Origin: Burkholderiales bacterium
GTDB taxonomy: Bacteria > Pseudomonadota > Gammaproteobacteria > Burkholderiales > SHXO01
DNA length: 43,399 nt
Assembly (NCBI GenBank): GCA_035501675.1
Contig: DATJVW010000173.1
Coordinates: 1 to 43,399, forward strand
Direction: 5' to 3'
In this document: piece by piece, positions 37,748 to 43,399 of the stretch
Position numbering within the stretch: position 1 is the first letter of the stretch
Layout of the letters: each line of letters begins with the position of its first letter
Position numbers and translations under genes: made by a program
Notes under the pieces: model-generated
The model's input: the letters and a program-made list of their open reading frames with translations, nothing else
Database searches by the model: none
Told to the model about the DNA's origin: nothing

Positions 37748-38914
37748 TTAGAACTGGTGCAATGCGATCCGGTTCTTCGCAATGAACTCCCAGTCGTACT
37801 GCACGCCCAGGCCAGGCGCCTGCGGCACGCTCACGCATCCGTCCTCGCCTACGCAGTCGAGCTGATCGCTGTAGCCGCACTTGTACACCGGCGGCACCGC
37901 GTTCGGGCACTCCGGCCCCACCAGCGCGACCTCGTAGTAGTTGCTGTTGCGCATCGCCGCCATGCAATGACGGTGCGCCGGCCCGCACGCGTGCACCTCG
38001 GCATCCAGACCCATCGCCTCGGCGAGGTGCGCGATCTTCATGGCCCCCGTGATGCCCATGTCGTACTCCGGGTCCACGCGGACGAAGTCGGTACCGCCGG
38101 CCATGATGAAATCCGCCTTCGGTTCTATCCCGCGGATGTGTTCGGTCTGCAGCAGCGGCGTGCGGAGCATCTCGCGCAGCTTCTTGTGTGCGAACGCCGA
38201 GGTGCCGGCATCGCGGAACGGGTCCTCGTACCAGAAGTAATGCGCCTCGTCGCACGCGCGTCCCACGTAAAGGGCGTCGGCGAAGGTGCGCAGCTCGCAG
38301 GCGGGGTCGATCATCAGCTCCATCTTATCGCCGACGTGCCGGCGCACGTTCAGCAGGTTGTCGGCCTCGATGTGCTTGTCGCCCTCGTTCCAGCCGTGGA
38401 TCTTGAAGGCGCGATAGCCGATCTCGTAGCACTGCTGTGCGAAATCGGCGAATGCCTCCTTGCTGTCCAGTCCGCCGTTGTGATCGCCGTGATAGGTGCT
38501 GGCGTAGGCCGGCAGGCGTTTGCGGTAGCCGCCGAGGAGCTCGTAGATCGATGCGCCCAGCTTCTTACCCGCCAAGTCCCACAGGGCGATGTCCAGCGGT
38601 CCGTGGCCCATGTGATCGAATTGCCGCGCGCCGCGCTTGAGATCGTCGTAGATGCCCTGGCGCTCCTCGGCTTCGCGGCCGATTAACGACGGCGCCAGCA
38701 TCAGCGTTTGACCCAAAGCGGAGGAGGAGCCCACCCAGTGGGTCACATACTCTCCGCGCAGTCCGTTGCCTGTCATGATCGCCACCGCGTACCTCATGAG
38801 CCGTGCCTTGGATCCGCGCGCAAACCCGAACGCGCCCACGCCGCCCCCGGTCGCCGCGAGGTTCATGGCGTCGAACTCGAACACGTGCACCTCTACCTTG
38901 GTGATCTTGCTCAT
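37748..38914 (-). CDS. Enolase-superfamily enzyme (mandelate racemase/muconate lactonizing enzyme family)
   Basis: ORF 37748..38971 trimmed to ATG 38914 with GGGGAG upstream. PLDIALWDLAGK capping/barrel motifs typical of MR/MLE family dehydratases. Substrate unknown. Confidence 0.82.
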   Translation of the reverse strand: MSKITKVEVHVFEFDAMNLAATGGGVGAFGFARGSKARLMRYAVAIMTGNGLRGEYVTHWVGSSSALGQTLMLAPSLIGREAEERQGIYDDLKRGARQFDHMGHGPLDIALWDLAGKKLGASIYELLGGYRKRLPAYASTYHGDHNGGLDSKEAFADFAQQCYEIGYRAFKIHGWNEGDKHIEADNLLNVRRHVGDKMELMIDPACELRTFADALYVGRACDEAHYFWYEDPFRDAGTSAFAHKKLREMLRTPLLQTEHIRGIEPKADFIMAGGTDFVRVDPEYDMGITGAMKIAHLAEAMGLDAEVHACGPAHRHCMAAMRNSNYYEVALVGPECPNAVPPVYKCGYSDQLDCVGEDGCVSVPQAPGLGVQYDWEFIAKNRIALHQF

Positions 38915-39005
38915 CGTGGTCTCCCCCGGGACTCGTGTGCGCAGCGGATGGTACCGCGTCGCATCCGGCAATGCACGGAGGGCAGCAGGCGTGCCGAGCG
39001 CGCTG

Positions 39006-39014
39006 TGCTATAAC
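39006..39014 (+). promoter_or_regulatory. Candidate extended -10 (TGCTATAAC) placed for a leaderless EamA transcript
   Basis: TGcTATAAC is followed by 6 nt (GGCGCC) and then ATG 39021, so the A of the ATG sits where a TSS is expected. Confidence 0.3.
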
Positions 39015-39020
39015 GGCGCC

Positions 39021-39947
39021 ATGCGACGTTCTCGGACGCTCGGTCCTTATCTGGTTCTCGCCTGTGGGGTGACGATCGTGTCCACCGCGTCGATCCTGAT
39101 CCGTATCGCACAGGGCGAGGGCGTACCTTCGCTGCCGATCGCGGCACTGCGGCTGCTGCTCGCAGCATCGGTTCTTACTCCGGTGGTTTGGGTGCGCTCG
39201 TCACAGGAACTGCTGCGCATCGGCCGGCGCGAGATTTCCCTATCTGTGCTCTCGGGAGGATTCCTCGCGGTCCACTTCTGGTCGTGGATCGCCTCGCTCG
39301 GCTATACCTCGGTCGCGAGCAGCACGGCGCTCGTCACCACCAATCCGCTGTGGGTGGGCCTGGCGTCGGTGCTCATCTTTGGCGAGCGGCTCGCGACCGG
39401 GACCACCGCAGGAGTCCTGATGACGCTGGCGGGCAGCGCCATGATTTTCGCGAGCGACCGCTCGTCGCCGACTGCCGCGGTGCATGCGGATCCAGTGCTC
39501 GGAAACCTGCTTGCGCTGCTCGGCGCCGTGGCGGCGTCCGGCTATCTGCTGGTGGGCAGGGCGCTGCGCGGCCGCGTAAGCCTCCTGACCTATATCTGGC
39601 TCGCCTATGGTTCGGCCGCGGCCCTGCTGCTGCTCGCCACAGCGGCAAGCGGGCAGGCGCTGACGGGCTACTCGTCGCTCGCCTACGCCGCGATGCTGGC
39701 GCTCGCGCTCGGACCGCAACTGCTCGGCCACACCGCCTTCAACTGGGCGCTGCGGCGCGTCTCGGCGACTTTCGTCGCGGTATCGATCCTGGGTGAGCCG
39801 GTGGGGTCTGCGCTGCTCGCGCTGTTCATCTTCGGCGAAGGCTTTGCCCCGCTGCAACTCGGCGGATTTACTTTGCTCCTGGCGGGGATCTTCCTGGCGG
39901 CACGTGGGGAGCGACACGCCGCCGCAAGCGCAGCACAGGAGCGATAA
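39021..39947 (+). CDS. DMT superfamily transporter (EamA family, 10 TM)
   Basis: ORF 38766..39947 trimmed to ATG 39021. Two EamA-like repeats of hydrophobic helices. Confidence 0.84.
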   Translation: MRRSRTLGPYLVLACGVTIVSTASILIRIAQGEGVPSLPIAALRLLLAASVLTPVVWVRSSQELLRIGRREISLSVLSGGFLAVHFWSWIASLGYTSVASSTALVTTNPLWVGLASVLIFGERLATGTTAGVLMTLAGSAMIFASDRSSPTAAVHADPVLGNLLALLGAVAASGYLLVGRALRGRVSLLTYIWLAYGSAAALLLLATAASGQALTGYSSLAYAAMLALALGPQLLGHTAFNWALRRVSATFVAVSILGEPVGSALLALFIFGEGFAPLQLGGFTLLLAGIFLAARGERHAAASAAQER

Positions 39948-39975
39948 CATTACCGTTTCGGCACTGAGCGGCGGC

Positions 39976-40389
39976 GTGGGCCGGCGCAAGACCAGAACTC
40001 GCACGATCCGCCAGCGCGTCGTTGTTCCCGCGCCCCCGGCCGAGGTCTACGCAGCACTGGTGAACGCCAGGAAACACGCGGCCTTCACCGCGGCCGAGGC
40101 CACCGGCGTGGCGCGCGTGGGTGCGCGCTTCACCGCCTGGGATGGATACATCAGCGGCAGGCATCTGCTCCTGCAAAAGGCCCGGCGCATCGTGCAGGAG
40201 TGGAGCACGACGCAGTGGCCGAAGGGTTTCTCGCCGTCACGCCTCGAGATCCTGCTTGAGCCGAAAGGCGGCGCCACGGCGCTGACGATGATTCATTCGA
40301 ACGTCCCCGCGTCGCAAGCGGGAAGCCTCCGAGAGGGCTGGAGGGAGTACTACTGGAAGCCGCTCAAGGCGTGGTTCCGGGCCCGATGA
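39976..40389 (+). CDS. SRPBCC / AHSA1 (Aha1-like) domain protein
   Basis: Frame of ORF 39793..40389. There is no ATG; the first plausible start is GTG 39976. IRQRVVVPAPPAEVYAAL...REGWREYYWKPLKAWF is typical of this family. Confidence 0.68.
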   Translation: MGRRKTRTRTIRQRVVVPAPPAEVYAALVNARKHAAFTAAEATGVARVGARFTAWDGYISGRHLLLQKARRIVQEWSTTQWPKGFSPSRLEILLEPKGGATALTMIHSNVPASQAGSLREGWREYYWKPLKAWFRAR

Positions 40390-40396
40390 CCGGCCA

Positions 40397-41524
40397 CTAC
40401 GCGCTGCGCAGCCCCGCGGCGACGGCCTCGTAGGGCGCCCAGGGCCGTCGCAAGTCCTCGGCTAGGCCGCGGTGAGTCAGCTGCCCGGCGTAGACCTGCA
40501 GCCCGGCGCGCAGGCCCGGGTCGAGCTCGAGCGCCGTGCTCGCACCCGCGTCGGCCAGCCTGAGCACATAGGGCAGCGTGGCCTGTGTTAGGGCGAGTGT
40601 GGCTGTGCGCGCAACGGCCGATGGCATGTTGGGAACGCAGTAGTGCAGCACGCCTTCTTCCACGTAGAGCGGGTGCGAGAACGAGGTCGGGCGCGAGGTT
40701 TCCGCAATACCGCCCTGGTCGATCGCGATGTCGACCAGAACGGAGCCGGGGCGCATCCGCCTCAGCAGGACGCGGGAGATGAGCTTGGATGCGAGCTTGC
40801 CGGGCGTCAGCGTGGCGCCGATGACGAGATCCGCCGCGGCCACGTGTTCCGCGAGGGACAGCGGCTCGGAGTAGCAGGTCTTCACGCGGCCCTGGTAGGA
40901 TTCCTCGAGGTGTGTGAGTACCGCGGTGTTGAGATCGAATACGGTGACGTCCGCGCCGATGCCTGCAGCAATTCGCACGGCGTTGGCGCCGGCGGCTCCT
41001 GCGCCGATCACCGTGACGCGTCCCGGTGCCACCCCGGGAACGCCCGCGAGCAGCACTCCGCTGCCGCCATTGGCCGTCTGCAGGGCCCAGGCGCCGAACT
41101 GAATAGACAGCTTGCCGGCGATACGCGACATCGGCGCGAGCAACGGCAATCCTCCGCCGGACTCGGTGACTGTTTCGTAGGCGATGCCGGTGACTCCGGC
41201 TTGCAGCAGGGCATCCAGCAGCCGCGGTTCGGGTGCGAGGTGAAGATAGGCGAACAGAACCTGGCCGCGGCGCGCGAGACCGTACTCGCGCTCCTGCAGC
41301 TCCTTGACCTTGACGACCATCTCGGCGGACCAGACCTCCGCGGCGCTGCGCACGATGCGTGCGCCGGCGGCCTCGTACGACGCGTCGGAAAAGCCAACCC
41401 GTGCGCCCGCGCCCGTCTCTACCAGCACTTCGTGGCCGCGCTGTCCGAGCGCGTAAGCGCCGCCTGGCGCAAGGCCCACCCGATACTCCTGGTCTTTGAT
41501 CTCCCTCGGAACGCCGATCAGCAT
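40397..41524 (-). CDS. ald: Alanine dehydrogenase
   Basis: 375 aa. [18 protein letters not shown] and the Rossmann motif [11 protein letters not shown]. Confidence 0.93.
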   Translation of the reverse strand: MLIGVPREIKDQEYRVGLAPGGAYALGQRGHEVLVETGAGARVGFSDASYEAAGARIVRSAAEVWSAEMVVKVKELQEREYGLARRGQVLFAYLHLAPEPRLLDALLQAGVTGIAYETVTESGGGLPLLAPMSRIAGKLSIQFGAWALQTANGGSGVLLAGVPGVAPGRVTVIGAGAAGANAVRIAAGIGADVTVFDLNTAVLTHLEESYQGRVKTCYSEPLSLAEHVAAADLVIGATLTPGKLASKLISRVLLRRMRPGSVLVDIAIDQGGIAETSRPTSFSHPLYVEEGVLHYCVPNMPSAVARTATLALTQATLPYVLRLADAGASTALELDPGLRAGLQVYAGQLTHRGLAEDLRRPWAPYEAVAAGLRSA

Positions 41525-41618
41525 CGCCTCATCCTCAAGCTCGATCTTCCTTCGATCTGTGCCCGGAACGCGCAGTTCACGCGCTGCAACTGGGCTGCTC
41601 CGCGGGAAGCGCGCCGCA

Positions 41619-42263
41619 TCAGGCGGCTTGGGAGCGAACGGCCGGCCGAGTCGAGGCGCCGATCTTGCGCCGCAGATAGAAGAGGCGGATCAGCAGCAGC
41701 AGCCCGAGCAGCGTGCCGAAGATCAGCGGTTCTCGGATGTCTTTCTTCACCAGCCACCAGAAGTGCAACACGCCCAGCGTGGCGATCACGTACACGGCGC
41801 GATGCAGTTGCTGCCAACGCTTGGCCCCGAGCCGTCGGACCATGGCATTGGTCGAAGTGGCGGCGAGCGGGATGAGCAGCACGAAGGCCGTGAAGCCCAC
41901 GGTGATGAACGGCCGCTTGGCGATGTCCTTGAGCATGCCTCGCCAGTCGAAAAACTGGTCGAGCCAAACGTAGGTGACGAAGTGCAGGCACACGTAGAAA
42001 AAGGCGAACAAGCCCAGCATCCGGCGCAGGCGCAGGAGCCAGTTCCAACCGGTGAGCCGGCGCAGCGGCGTCACGCTCAGCGTGATCAGCAGAAAGCACA
42101 GCGTCCACCAGCCGGTCGAATGGGTGATGTGTTCGATCGGGTTGGCGCCCAGCCCGTGGTGCGTGCCCAGCCAAGCGAGCCGCGCGAGCGGTACCAGGCA
42201 CAGCGCGAACAGCGCCGCCTTGAGCCACTTCACCTGATCCGGCTTGGGCTGGGCCAAGGACAT
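41619..42263 (-). CDS. msrQ: Protein-methionine-sulfoxide reductase heme-binding subunit
   Basis: ORF 41619..42911 trimmed to ATG 42263, 2 nt after the msrP stop. YedZ-like, with six TM helices and conserved His residues. Confidence 0.9.
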   Translation of the reverse strand: MSLAQPKPDQVKWLKAALFALCLVPLARLAWLGTHHGLGANPIEHITHSTGWWTLCFLLITLSVTPLRRLTGWNWLLRLRRMLGLFAFFYVCLHFVTYVWLDQFFDWRGMLKDIAKRPFITVGFTAFVLLIPLAATSTNAMVRRLGAKRWQQLHRAVYVIATLGVLHFWWLVKKDIREPLIFGTLLGLLLLIRLFYLRRKIGASTRPAVRSQAA

Positions 42264-42265
42264 GA

Positions 42266-43222
42266 TCAGTAGTACTTGTGTAGGTCCATCCCGGCGTAGA
42301 GCGAAGCGACCTGGTTGCCATATCCGTTGAACATGAGGGTGGAGCGCTTGCCGAACTCGCCGATGCGCCGCTCTCTCGCCTGGCTCCAGCGCGGGTGGTC
42401 GACCTCCGGATTCACGTTGGAATAAAACCCGTACTCGCGCGGGTTGGCGAGCGCCCAGGTGGTCTTGGGCTGCTCCTCGACGAAACGGATCTTGACGATC
42501 GACTTGCCGCTCTTGAAGCCGTACTTCCACGGGATCACGACCCGCACCGGCGCGCCGTCCTGGTTCGGCAGCACATCGCCGTACAGCCCCACACACAATA
42601 TGGTGAGCGGATGCATGGCCTCGTCCATGCGCAGGGCCTCCGTATAGGGCCAGTCGAGGATCGGCATCTTGATGCCGGGCATCTGCTCTGGATCGGCGAG
42701 CGAGGTGAACTGCACGTACTTGGCCTTGGACGTGGGCTGGACGCGTTTGATGAGATCGCTGAACGAATAGCCGACCCACGGGATCACCATGGACCATCCC
42801 TCTACGCAGCGCATGCGGTAGACGCGCTCCTCCAGCGGCGCCAACTTGAGCAGCTCGTCGATGTCGAACACCTTGGGTTTGCCGACTTCGCCTTCCACAG
42901 CCACGCTCCATGGCCGCGTGCGCAGCTTGTGCGCGGTCTCGCTCGGGTCGTCCTTGCCGGTGCCGAATTCGTAGTAGTTATTGTAAGTCGTCACATCCTT
43001 GAAGAGAGTAAGGTCTTCGCCGGTGGTGGAGAGCGCGCTCTTGCGCACGTCCTGCAGCTTCGCGCCCGCATCTGCTGTGCGGGGCAGCCCTAGCCCGGCG
43101 CAGGCGAGGCCTGCAGCCGCACCGAGCGCGGTGCCGGCGCGGATGAATTCGCGCCGATTCAGATACACATCTCGAGAGGTGATCTCCGAGGGGAGGATGG
43201 CAGGGGGTCGCTTAATCAGCAT
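42266..43222 (-). CDS. msrP: Protein-methionine-sulfoxide reductase catalytic (molybdopterin) subunit
   Basis: ORF 42266..43288 trimmed to ATG 43222 with GGAG upstream. Tat signal NRREFIRAG, and YNNYYEFG typical of YedY. Confidence 0.93.
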   Translation of the reverse strand: MLIKRPPAILPSEITSRDVYLNRREFIRAGTALGAAAGLACAGLGLPRTADAGAKLQDVRKSALSTTGEDLTLFKDVTTYNNYYEFGTGKDDPSETAHKLRTRPWSVAVEGEVGKPKVFDIDELLKLAPLEERVYRMRCVEGWSMVIPWVGYSFSDLIKRVQPTSKAKYVQFTSLADPEQMPGIKMPILDWPYTEALRMDEAMHPLTILCVGLYGDVLPNQDGAPVRVVIPWKYGFKSGKSIVKIRFVEEQPKTTWALANPREYGFYSNVNPEVDHPRWSQARERRIGEFGKRSTLMFNGYGNQVASLYAGMDLHKYY

Positions 43223-43291
43223 GGCGATGCTCCAGAGCTTGGGGTTGCGTGGACCGTTGGTCGAGAACAACGGGATCAACTTACACATATT

Positions 43292-43399
43292 CTACGGGCC
43301 CCGCAGCGGGTCGGATGCTTTCTCCGGCCGGGGTCGGGCCGACCGTCTGATCGCTTGGCGCAGCAGAGCCAGCGTGGCCAGGCCCGGAAAAATGCAGCC
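43292..43399 (-). CDS. Possible C-terminal fragment of an unidentified upstream gene (runs off window)
   Basis: The - strand frame reads GCIFPGLATLALLRQAIRRSARPRPEKASDPLRGP*, mostly with G/C at the third position. Too short to identify. Confidence 0.2.
   Translation of the reverse strand, partial: GCIFPGLATLALLRQAIRRSARPRPEKASDPLRGP

Overview
Visibly GC-rich, gene-dense chromosomal segment. Its synteny looks betaproteobacterial (gshA-gshB-EIIA(Man)-ptsH-ptsI, gmhB-plsC-ygjP, lptM-lysA); this is inference from gene order and protein families, with no search run. I call about 42 CDS.

Layout:
- 0.25-15.1 kb, + strand: a long co-directional array built around the leucine/isovalerate catabolic (liu) genes liuA, liuB, liuC, liuD and liuE. 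It is interrupted or extended by aceK, a thiolase, a DsbA-like isomerase, a LOG-family protein, DUF1289, DUF2889, nadE and a TauD-family dioxygenase.
- 15.2-26.0 kb, - strand: gshA, gshB, a permease-less PTS (EIIA-Man, HPr, EI), holA, proA, a lipoyl-domain Lpd, nudC and a GST.
- 26.2-27.6 kb: a small accessory-looking islet with a DUF3592 membrane protein, a 510-bp gap and an unrecognisable 101-aa ORF.
- 27.8-43.2 kb: mixed housekeeping genes, including gmhB, plsC, ygjP-like, lptM, lysA, trpB2-like, uspA, a serine hydrolase, an ATP-dependent DNA ligase, DUF1178, an enolase-superfamily enzyme, an EamA transporter, an SRPBCC protein, ald and msrQP.

I saw no rRNA, tRNA, CRISPR array, transposase, integrase, phage gene or recognisable transcription-factor gene. 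I did not find a clear-cut new multi-gene system with defence, BGC or mobile-element hallmarks.

The most unusual sequence-level signals are:
1. A 189-nt repeat-structured spacer between ptsH and ptsI.
2. The 26.2-27.6 kb islet, flanked by two orphan + strand terminator-like hairpins (sRNA candidates).
3. The non-canonical passengers in the liu array, especially aceK.
4. A textbook FNR-type class II promoter in front of uspA.

All family assignments are from reading the translated ORFs. No database search, fold-energy or GC computation was run. Many long ORFs in the six-frame track are antisense or wrong-frame artefacts of the high GC content.
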